Shown here in pieces: positions 53,291 to 64,000 of a stretch of DNA of 64,000 nucleotides. Source of the stretch: Octopus vulgaris (Eukaryota); the NCBI GenBank assembly GCA_951406725.2, contig OX597829.1:31682001-31746000 (forward strand), in the 5' to 3' direction. The notes beneath the pieces were generated by a model that searched no databases, was not told where the DNA came from, and saw only the letters and a program-made list of their open reading frames with translations. The translations under genes and the position numbers were made by a program. How positions within the stretch are numbered: position 1 is the stretch's first letter; each line of letters opens with the position of its first letter.

Positions 53291-53306
53291 TGGTAACCTT
53301 GGCAAC
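53267..53306. promoter_or_regulatory. RFX X-box GTAACCTTGGCAAC (53293-53306), E-box CACGTG (53287-53292), forkhead-like TGTTTGTTTG (53267-53276)
   Basis: Matches X-box consensus GTNRCC-N0-3-RGYAAC; RFX and FOXJ1 are established regulators of motile-cilia genes. Confidence 0.65.
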
Positions 53307-53415
53307 GGATTAAGTTTTCCAGTTTAATCTCGTTTCCTTTCGTTCTTCCCGATTTATTTCACGTGCAGTTTTTTTTCGTGGCTAGTAATTCATTGGTGGA
53401 CCTATACAAGGATTA

Positions 53416-53818
53416 TCTTCTTCTTTATATATAAAAGTAAGGTTGTGCGTCTGTCTACTCTGATTTAGATTCCTAACTACTCCCACATTTTGCGGTGCAG
53501 TTTAACCAAAAGCGGGTATCTTATAGTCGTGATTCATATCGAGCCCTTCTGAATACTAGCGCGAGTCTACGATGAGTCTACGATTTTAAAAATAATTTAC
53601 CATCATTTTTATCCATTTTAATGCATATTTTTCTAAATATAAGGGAAGTAACTCTCTAAAAATGTCTACGATGCGTCAACGATTTTAAAAAAAATTTACC
53701 ATCATATTTTTTTTCCATTTTTAATGCATTTTTTTGCTATTTTTTGGCTATAACTCTCTAAAAATGCTTTATAGTTATTTCCCTTACAAACCCGAGCAAC
53801 ACCGGGCGATACTGCTAG
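53416..53818 (+). mobile_element. Non-autonomous Helitron just upstream of the putative DNAAF6 promoter
   Basis: A|TCTTC...TATATATAAAA 5' end; acaaacccgagcaacaccgggcgatactgCTAG|T 3' end nearly identical to 15060-15092. Confidence 0.8.
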
Positions 53819-54151
53819 TATTATATATAGAGGGAAGGGTGGGGGAGAAGGTGGGGACAGTTAGATTCTGTATTATGTAATACATTACTTGTTGGTCAGT
53901 GCGTATCAAGGTTTATCACCGCATCAGAATGCAAAGACACTTTTGGTACTCAACCACACCTTAATTAACAGGAGTGAAAGGCTAGCCAAGACAGAGGATA
54001 CTCTGCGTTCGTGGGTGGGAGGGAGGGATGGACGACTACCCACATTCCCACCCCTTCTTGCTACACGTCTGCTTGTGATTTAACGGTCTGCGTAGAGAGT
54101 ATCTCATACTATGAAGAATGGACATATTTATTAATATATATATATATCAGT

Positions 54152-54347
54152 TAAAGATCCTTCGGCGTAACTTCGGTATAGGTACCGGAAGTACCGGATA
54201 CATTTCAAGAAAGTGTTTTTTTTTTATATATATATATATATGGGGGGTTAGGGTTTGTGTTAGGGGTAGGAGAAAAGGGTTTCTGTTATCTTCAGAAATG
54301 TAAACAAAGCCACTTACGGTACCTATACCGAAGGATCGTCGATCCTT
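54152..54347. mobile_element. Small Helentron/HINE-like element
   Basis: 22-bp sub-terminal IR cttcggtataggtaccggaagt / acttacggtacctataccgaag, terminal hairpin aggatc-gtc-gatcct, internal ggttagggtt. Confidence 0.5.
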
Positions 54348-56447
54348 CCTTATATATGACTTTCAGTTTTATGCTGGCGAAAGAAATCACTGGAGAATTT
54401 TTATCTAAGTAAATAATGGTTAATACACCGCATTCGGTATCGATGACGACGCATTGTAAACATCCGGTTACGGTTCACGCTAGCTAATACGATTCTTCGC
54501 CGCAATATGTCTGTTGTCAACTTTGAAATTACGATAAAGTATAACATAGAAATTTTATATACACTCCCTGATACGTATTAAAAGCTCTAAAATTTGATTT
54601 AATTTTACCTACCACTACTTACAAATATAATACCATATATACATGTATAAAATACAGGAATTAGCGATACAGCGAAGATGAGTTACGTTTCCTTTAAGTC
54701 CACTCTTTTATACACGTGTTATACACGGTGGTGCGAAGTTTAAGTGTGTGTATGTGTATTCCTATCGCTTATCTTTTACTTGTTTCAGTCATAAGACTAC
54801 GGCCATGCTGGGGCATCACCTTGAAGTATATTTTTAGTCGAATGTATCGACCCCAGTACTTATTTTTTTAAAACCTGGTACTTATTCTATCGTTTTCTTT
54901 AGCTGAACCGCTTAGTTACGGGGACATAAACACACCAGCACCGGTTGTCAAGCGGTAGTGAGGGGGACAAAGACACACACACACACAGATACATACATAT
55001 ATACATACATGCATGCATACATACATACGACAAGTTTCTTTCAGTTTCCGTCTACCAGGTCCACTCACAAGGCTTTGGTTGGCCTAGGGCTATAGTAGAA
55101 GACACTTCCCCCGACATACCATGCAGTGGGACTCAACCCAGAATCATATGACTAGGAAGCAAGCTTCTTATCACACAGCCACGACTGCACTTGTAGAATA
55201 GAGTTAGGAATTTTCTCGTGCACAAAAAAAAAATTACTTTGGAAATTTATCCCCCAATAGGTCACGTCAGTTTTCAGCTGTTATGCCCTTGGTGAAGATG
55301 AGGAATGTGTGCTTATCAGATTTTCATTTTCACCAAATGCAGCAACCTGAGATTTTGAATCAAATTTTGTTAAAATCTTGATGATACTCATGCTCGAGTG
55401 GAGGCACGTGGCTTAGTGGTTAGGGTGTCAGCACCATGATCGTAAGATTGTGGTTTTGATTCCTGGACCGGGCGACGAGTTGTGTTCTTGAGCAAAACAC
55501 TTCATTTCACATTGCTCCAGCCCACTCAGCTGGCAAAAATGAGTAACGCTGCGATGGATTGGTGTCCTGTCCAGCTGGGGAACACATACGCCATAGAAAC
55601 CAGGAAACTGGGCCCATGAACCTGGTTAGGCTTTAAAAGGGCGCATTTATTTATTTATACTCATGCTCAAACCATACACAAGATTCAGCAGGCCTTTGGT
55701 AATGACTCCATGAGCAAAACTCAGATCAAGGAATGGTACAACCACTTCAAATATTGCCACACCTGAGTGAAGAGCAAGGCACACTAAGGCAGGCCATCCA
55801 CAAGCCAAATCAAGGTGCCAATTGAGAAGGTTTGGCAAATACTGATGAAAGACCATCATGTAACAATCTAGGAAATTGGAGGATTTATGCTTGCAGAGAG
55901 TGTTGGCAAAATTTGTCCCAAAGGTACTGGTGGAGCAACAGAAGCAACTCTGTAAAGAAATCACTCAGGACATGTTGGACTGTGCAAACCATGACCCAAA
56001 CTTTATGAAGACTATCATCCATCGCTAGTTTATCATCTCTGTTCAATGTGTGTGAAAATGAAAATCTGACAAGCACACACTACACATCTGTATTCTAAAC
56101 AGCCAGATATTGACATGGCCTGCTGGTACTAAAATTTTCATGCATGCACAAGAAGGATGGTGTCACTTCCAACCCAAAATATTTTGTCCACATGGCATTA
56201 GTTTTAGCAGGAGACAAAAATAAAATCAGATACTTTTTAAATGCACCTCATACATATTGAATTGTCACCTTTGATAGAGAGAAAGATGGTCATGCCGGAA
56301 CATCTTTGATCATAGGTCTACTAAATGAAGATAGATGAGTTTTATCAACAGCAACAGCACTGTCACTACTGTAACAAATAGAGCATATGGTAATATTTTA
56401 CTTATGTAATTTCAGAATTGTACTTGCCTAACAAAAATACAAAATAC

Positions 56448-56592
56448 TGTTAACTTCATTTAAACGTTTATTATTTGGTGTCAAAATTTTCGTTGCATCA
56501 CTCTTGTGGAAATTTCATCAATGACCAATGTCGCAGTTGGTGCAACAAAAATCTTGACACAAAATGGTATAAATGTTTAAGTGAAGTTAACA
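56448..56592. repeat. Degenerate fold-back, ~55-bp arms
   Basis: gttaacttcatttaaac...gtgtcaaaattttcgttgcatc vs ggtgcaacaaaaatcttgacac...gtttaagtgaagttaac. Confidence 0.7.
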
Positions 56593-57856
56593 GCCGTTGT
56601 GTATTTTTGAATGGGTTTTCAATGCTGAAAGTGGTTTATATAATTGTTTCTCATCTAGGTACATGGCCGTCAATTTTGACGGAGGAAGATAATCAATTAC
56701 ATTGATACCAAAGGGACGAAAGACAAAGTTGGTACTTGGTAGAATTTGAACTCAAAATGCAATGAGTCAGAATAATTGTCACAAAGAATTTTGTACAACT
56801 TCCTAATGATTCTGCCAGTTCAGTTAATTTTATTAAACTAGGTTTTGGCGGGCTTTTTTCAGACTTTCACATTAGTCCTTTAGCATTCAGGATTATTCTG
56901 TTAAATTATTTACATTGTTTTCAATTAATCATGCATTATCTCATAGCTTTGAGATTTCAATGATTTGGTCATATTTTTAGAACAACATTGTAGGAAAGCT
57001 GTTAGAGGCAGGATCTAGCCAGTTTGAATATAAAACTTGTAGAATATGTGGGTCAGATACAGCCTTTTTATATACTAATGGCTTAAATATGTACAACATT
57101 AAAAAAATATAAATTAACAATAAACTAATTATAGCAAGCTACTTTGTGTTGAGGTGATGATTGCTCTGGTGGAAGAGGTGAACAATTTTTCCAATGGAAT
57201 GTTGAAAATCAGTGAAGATGTAAACAAACTATACTTCTTATGCAAGGAGGGTAGCTGTGGTCTTAAATCTATATTTATGTCATATGAAACAGACATTGTG
57301 ACACTGAAGCAGCCGGGGGAAATACAGGAGGAAGAAAACATGTATGGACAATGGATAAGGAGTTTGCAAATCTAGTACCTAAGATACTCTTCTAGTTTCA
57401 TATCTATTATTATTAATGAAACAACAGGATATATACCAACCTACAGTGGTGAGCTGGCAGAATTGTTAGCATGCTGGACATAATGCTTCGCAGTATTTCA
57501 CCAGTCGTTTAGTTCTGAGTTAAAAATCCGCCAAGGTCAACTTTGCCTTTCATCCTTTCAGGGTCGATGAATTAAATACCAGTTGCTTACTGGGATCGAT
57601 CTAATCAATAGGTACCCCCCTCCTCCACAATTTCAGGCCTTGTGCCAATAGTAGAAAGTATATATACCAACCTGCCTGGAGAAAAGCATAACCGAATTTT
57701 GGTTCTTGGAGAAGGAATGTGACTCTTTCATTCATATACTACAAATGATCGAGATTATCTGAGATGATAAAAATCGGCAAGATTTAAAAGATAGTAAACT
57801 TCCTTAAGATTTAAAAGATGGTGAGCAAGACAAAGAGTATTTCATGCATGCATACA

Positions 57857-57953
<97 letters not shown>

Positions 57954-58232
57954 TACATACATACATACACACATACATACATACATACATACATACATAC
58001 ATACATACATACATACATAGTTCTTATTAGAACAGAAAATTATTTTATGTCCCAATATCGTAATTTCTTCGGATGTGTATTTAAGATTTGGCTTTCCTTC
58101 ATTTGCCATCAGTTGTTGACTGCCATGACACTGCATCCTTTAAGGCCCTCATGCTTTCCGAAATCCGCCGAAACTACACCTGATTATATATACACTTTAG
58201 ATGAGTTGTAGTGCACCTGAGCACTGTACACA

Positions 58233-58283
<51 letters not shown>

Positions 58284-59012
58284 ATTGTTTAGTCTTATCT
58301 CAGCTCATCCAGCTGAATCGTTCGCATTCTATTCTCGTCAAAGTTCCTGTTCCCATTTTTAGACAAACACCATCGAAAGAAAAACAGGAATAAACAGTTT
58401 TATAACGACAGAGAGAGAGGAAGAGAGGGAGGGGGAGAGAGTGTGTGTGCGCGTGTTTGTTTGTGTGTATGTGTGTGTGTGTGTGCAGGCGTTTGCAAAC
58501 ACCTGAGAACTGACAAAACTTCAGAAAAAATTATGATACAAGGGAGAACACTCTTATAATACTTTAAGGTAAATATCAATGAAAAAAGACGAAAATTACA
58601 CACACACTCGCTAATACATAAAGTACTTCGAAGAATACGCGTTGATTGGTATTCTCGAGATTTTTTTCGTTTTTTTTTGTTTTTTTTTTTCCAACATCAG
58701 ACATCAGCAAATATTCATAAAATTACGAATAATTTAGGGCTGTGACAAGTTTATTGAGTGAAAGAAGAGAAGTAAATAACTTAAACGATATAAACGAAAT
58801 ATGGCAAATCTGGAAATTTTATTACATATATATATTCTTTTTCTTTTTTCTTTTTACTTGTTTCAGTCATTTGACTGCGGCCATGCTGGAGCACCGCCTT
58901 TAGTCGAGCAAATCGAACCCGGGACTTATTCTTTGTAAGCCCAGTACTTATTCTATCGGTCTCTTTTTGCCGAACCGCTAAGTGACGGGGATGTAAACAC
59001 ACCAGCACACAA

Positions 59013-59081
<69 letters not shown>

Positions 59082-59889
59082 TACGACAGGCTTCTTTCAG
59101 TTTCCGTCTACCAAATCTACTCACAAGGCATTGGTCGGCCCGGGTCTATAGCAGAAGACACTTGCCCAAGATGCCACGCAGTGGGACTGAACCCAGAACC
59201 ATGTGGTTGGTTAGCAAGCTACTTACCACACTGCCACTCCTGCGCCTATATATACTCTTCCTTTATTTTATCCTTTGTGTGCATGTAAAGATATTGTAAT
59301 TTGGTGGTTGATTTGTTTGGTCACTGGGGAAAATGCCATGTGGGATTTTTTTATGGTTCTGAGCCTAAATCCTGCGGAAGACAACTTCGCTTTTCATTCT
59401 TCAGGGATCGATAAAATGAAATATTAGTCTGGTGATGGACGGGATTTACATGACTAATCCCTGCCCTCTCTACGTGTGCGTGTGGAGAGAGCAGTCCCTT
59501 TTATATGTCGATATCATTTATCTTTTCATCTCTTGCTTGTTTCAATCATTAGACTAAGGTCATCCTGGGGCAACGCTTTGAAGAATTTTTAGTCGAATGA
59601 ATCGACACCACTACATTTTTTTTAAAGCGTGGTACTTAATTTATCGGTTTCTTTTGCCGAACGGCTAAGTTGCGGTTACATACACATACCGACACCGTTT
59701 GTCAAACGGTGGGAGGACAAATACACACACACACATGTATATATACGACGGGCTTCTTTCAGTTTCCATCTACAAAACTCACTCAATGCTTTGGTTGGCC
59801 CAAGGCTATAGTATAAGACATTTTCCCAAAGTTCCATGCATGGAAACTGAACCCAGAACCATGTGGTTGGCAATTAAGTCTGTGTGTAT

Positions 59890-59937
<48 letters not shown>

Positions 59938-60646
59938 GGAGATAGATTTTTGGTGGTGGTGGTGGTGGTGGTGGCCATCATCATGCAATCTAGCATGCTG
60001 CATTTTTAACTTCTAACATATTCATTACTAGACATGATTTACTGCCTTGACTGTTTACAAAAGAAAGATGCTGGTAATATAACTGGTGACTGAGAAGAGA
60101 AAACTGCTAAGTCTTGTAAAAGTTTAACATCGTGTTTGATTGTCCAAAGTTGTTTGTTGCCCAAGATTATCTGTCCGAATGTCTAAGGTGCTCTGATCTT
60201 AGTGGTTTGCCTTCTGTGAGTGCCCAAGGTAGTCTATGCAAGCACCAAATGGTCTTTAAAGGATGAAAAGAGAACAAATTCTAGATCACCCAAAGAAATA
60301 GATCATGCCATAGCTTCATGCTAATTGGTTGATTTATAGATCAATCACATGAGACCATGATGGCTTGTTTGTGATCCTTAACAGAACATCTTATATTTGG
60401 GATTTGAATCCCTATATATCACACCAACCACAAACCAAATGTATCTGTTCACCTCCAACGATAGAGAGCAGTCACCATATTCCATTCCATAACTGCCATT
60501 TCTGAAGAATGCAAGGTTACATAATCGGACTGTTACCTAACACTCTGTTGAACCCCTAGTGCAAAACCAATCGGTAACATCAGCCATAATAGATGTATAA
60601 TACTGTACACTTCAATTAATATCTATCTATTTATATATATATAGAT

Positions 60647-60703
<57 letters not shown>

Positions 60704-60769
60704 AGAGTAAGCACACAAATGCGAGACAAGGTGGGAGAAAATAGTACTCGAATACTAGAGGTAGAGTAA

Positions 60770-60890
60770 TATGCTTTATTAAAAAGCAGCAAAAATATCA
60801 CAAAAACTGTTACTCAGAGTTTCACGTTCACCAGGAACATGAAACTCTAAGTAACAGTTTTTGTGATATTTTTGCTGCTTTTTAATAAAG

Positions 60891-60893
<3 letters not shown>
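60770..60893. repeat. Fold-back hairpin retaining the 3' half of an HHR-like motif (GAAAC-UCUGA-GUA-ACAG)
   Basis: ~58-bp arms ctttattaaaaagcagc...gtttcacgttc / gaacatgaaac...gctgctttttaataaag. Confidence 0.75.
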
Positions 60894-60924
<31 letters not shown>

Positions 60925-61199
60925 TGTATGTATGTATGTATGTATGTATGTATGTATGTATGTATGTATGTATGTATGTATGTATGTATGTATGTATGTA
61001 TGTATGTATGAATGTATGTAAATATGTATGACTGTATGTATGTACTAGAGCCTATTGCAGCTTCTAGCTTTGCAAGCTCATGTCAAACTGTACAATCCAT
61101 GGAAAACAGATGTTAAATGATGATGATGATGATGGTGATGGTAATGATGATGATGATGATAATGATGCTATATGAGCGTTTTTAAGGTAAACTTAACAA

Positions 61200-61820
61200 A
61201 AACGGAGGTTTTAGTAAGTAGGAAAGGGAGGTCTTTGATATATTCAGGAAAATGGTCTTGCTCAGTATGCAGAATGGAGTAGGAATAAACTCCATATGTT
61301 ATACCCAATGTAAGCTATGGACACACAAGAGATGTAGTAGAATGATAGGTAGGCTAGATAAGAACATAAGCTTTGTATGTGATGGATGCACTGGAGTACT
61401 ATACACCAAAAATATGTCCTCTTAAATGCTCTGATGGCATTCTTGAAACAGTTGATAACTTTTGTTATCTCGGAGATGTAATTAGCAAGTGTGGTGGTTG
61501 CTTTGAAAGTATAGTAACCAGAGTAAGGACATGAAGAAAGTTCAGGGAACTTCTACCTTTATTGGCAACAAAGGTCTTTTCCTACTGCTTTAAGAATTAG
61601 ATTGTATGATGCTTATATTAGAACTACAGTGCTGTATGGTAGTAAAACATGGACCTTGAAAATAGAACACTTGAGAAGACTGGAAAGAAATGAAGTTAGC
61701 ATGCTCCATTCGATGTGTAACATAAACACTGATTGTCCTCTGATTCACAGGATCTTGTCAAACATCCACCTCATGCGAGCTTGGAAAATGGATGTGAAAG
61801 AATGATAATGATGATGATGG
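61200..61820 (+). mobile_element. Decayed RTE LINE fragment
   Basis: LETVDNFCYLGDVI; LYDAYIRTTVLYGSKTWTLK...LERNE.SML; (gat)n tail. Confidence 0.75.
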
Positions 61821-61838
61821 GATATGTATACTCCAAAG

Positions 61839-61883
<45 letters not shown>

Positions 61884-62487
61884 TACAACTTATAAACAAG
61901 GGCAAAAGAAAAAAATTCTAAAGCCAAATATGCCGAAAATAGACAAATCATCAATAACCATATAATTTATCACTGTAAGCATGCATCTAAAAAATTCCTG
62001 GCCAACCAAAGCCTTGTGAGTGGATTTAGTAGATGGAGAATGAAAGAAGCCTGTCATATATATGTATATATATATGTATGTGTGTGTATAGTTTGTGTGT
62101 CTGTGTTTGTCCCCCCAACATCGCTTGACAACCGATGCTGGTGTGTTTATGTCCCCATAACTTAGTGGTTCGGCAAAAGAGACCGATAGAATAAGTACAA
62201 GGCTTACAAAGAATAAGTCCTAGAGTCGATTTGCTTGACTAAAGGTGGTGCTTCAGCATGGCCACAGTCACATGACTGAAACAAGTAAAAGAGTACATTG
62301 TATTTATATTTATTTATTTATACAAATTGTACTTATTGTATCATATTATTCATTGATGTGCACTGTTTTGTTCTATATTATTGTGTTTGATCTTGATGTT
62401 CATATGTAGTTGGTTAATAAATTATGTAAATGGGTATTATCTGGTAGTTGATTATTGATTAAAGTGTATTTCTCCATTTTCTTATTT

Positions 62488-62534
<47 letters not shown>

Positions 62535-63111
62535 TTGATCTGTAACCATTAGTCCAGTAAAATTATATTTGGCTTCAGTAATAATTATGGATTAGATATT
62601 ATACACACATACATGCATATATATTCGTATATAGATGTATGTGCGTTTGTGAGTGTGTGTGCTTGTGAGCATGTGTGCGCACTTGTGAGCATGTGTTTGT
62701 GTGGTGTGTGTGTGTGTGTTTGTGATGGATTCTCCTATTGAAGGTGTATGAGCATTCAGCTTTTGCCAAAAAAAAACCTGTTTGTAGTGATCAAAGTTAT
62801 GTGCTGTACATTAAACTCATTCCCTCCACCAAATGAACATTGCCTGAACAGGTACGCTATGTACCAATGCATCAGATGTTGAAGTAATTGCTGAGCAATG
62901 TGAGATGAAATGTTTTGCTCAAGAACTCAACACATCATCCAGTCTATGTGTGTGTGTGTATTATATATCTTTTAGATTCATTTATGGTAATGTTAAGGGT
63001 ATGCAAACAGAGCTCCAATTTCATTATGCCGGCTGCTGTCTAATTATACTGACTAGTAAGTCAGTTTCTCGGAATTGCATAACAGTTATACCAATATAAT
63101 GTAGGATAAAT

Positions 63112-63458
63112 ATAACAATAACTCTAGGATGGAATTTATAAATATTTAATACATTGCTACATATGTTTCCACAAGTCACATGAGTTTGACATCAGAGTCT
63201 GTATCCTTAAGATTAGCACAGTATAGTTGTATTATCCATGGTCATTCAGTTGATCATCATCATTTATTTATTTCATCAAGCAATATTGATGAAATGAATC
63301 AATAATGATAATCAACTGGATGCCCATGGATAATACGGACTATAATACTGTGTTAATTCCAAGGATACTGACTCTGATGTCAAAATCATGTGATTTGTGG
63401 AAATGTACATAGCGATGTATTAAATATCTATTAATTCCATCCTAGAATTATTGCTATT
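63112..63458. repeat. Degenerate fold-back, ~155-bp arms, HHR-like core in each arm
   Basis: Right arm CUGAUGU...GAAA-UGUACA-UA; left arm (reverse complement) CUGAUGU...GAAA-CAUAUG-UA. Confidence 0.7.
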
Positions 63459-64000
63459 GTTATATATACATCCATTTATTTTCTCGTCTTTCTTTCTGTT
63501 GAAGAGCATAGGCTCAAAATGTAAAAGACTTTCTCACCTTCCCAAGCGTTAAACTAATACACCTGTTTGTTGTTTACACACCTGTCTTCATTTTTTTTTA
63601 TTGTAAATTCTAACTATATATATATATGCGAGGGAGGGCCCAAAAGAAACCAGAATTTTGCAATATTATTTTATTCACTTGGTTTTGCATGTTTACACTT
63701 TTATCACCTTCAAAGTATTCTCCATTTGAAGCAATGCATCAATCTAGAAGTGTTTTCCACTGTTCGAAGCAGTGCTGGAACTCTTGTGAAGTGATGCCTT
63801 TTAATGCTTCCGTCATTTTTTTCTTCACTTCTTCCAAATTTACAAATTCTGTAAAAGCACCATCCGTTCGTGGCCATTTGCCAGCTCTGTCTGGCCCCCG
63901 TGTCGGTGGCACGTAAAAGCACCATCCGTTCGGGTCTGTTGCCAGCCTCGCTTGGCCCCCGTGCGGTGACACGTAAAAGCACCATCCGTTCGTGGCCGTT

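Noticed and set aside
54243-54270. TTAGGG-like motifs as interstitial telomere
   Set aside because: Only two imperfect units, inside a small IR-bounded element.
56475-56705. 76-aa Cys-containing ORF
   Set aside because: Overlaps a degenerate fold-back and a SINE remnant; no recognisable domain.
63490-63535. ctgttgaagagcataggctcaaaatgta as a hammerhead
   Set aside because: Core deviates at several essential positions (CUGUUGA; AAAA instead of GAAA); at most a dead PLE remnant.

Overview
Repeat-dense eukaryotic genomic DNA with abundant (TA)n/(CA)n/(TACA)n microsatellites, several SINE families, RTE/CR1 LINE, mariner/maT/Tc1/hAT/Helitron relics and Penelope-like remnants. The repeat repertoire suggests an octopus (cephalopod) genome; that is inference from recall, not a database result. 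One host gene is well supported: a minus-strand DNAAF6/PIH1D3 (axonemal dynein assembly factor) homologue. Five phase-compatible GT-AG coding exons (24365-24282, 16026-15951, 14668-14578, 9886-9790, 9078-8993) give 144 aa; the last coding exon was not found and probably lies left of the window. A candidate non-coding first exon (~53290-53224) sits beside an RFX X-box, an E-box and a forkhead-like site. Most unusual signals: (i) several hammerhead-ribozyme-like motifs with palindromic stem III, often inside fold-back hairpins and several sense to the DNAAF6 pre-mRNA; (ii) two copies of a modular, tandem-repeat-expanding composite retroposon with an RTE-type tail, in inverted orientation around coding exons 2-3; (iii) near-identical inverted SINE pairs able to form long intronic dsRNA. 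Most listed ORFs are microsatellite or repeat translations. All analysis was by eye and repeat boundaries are approximate.
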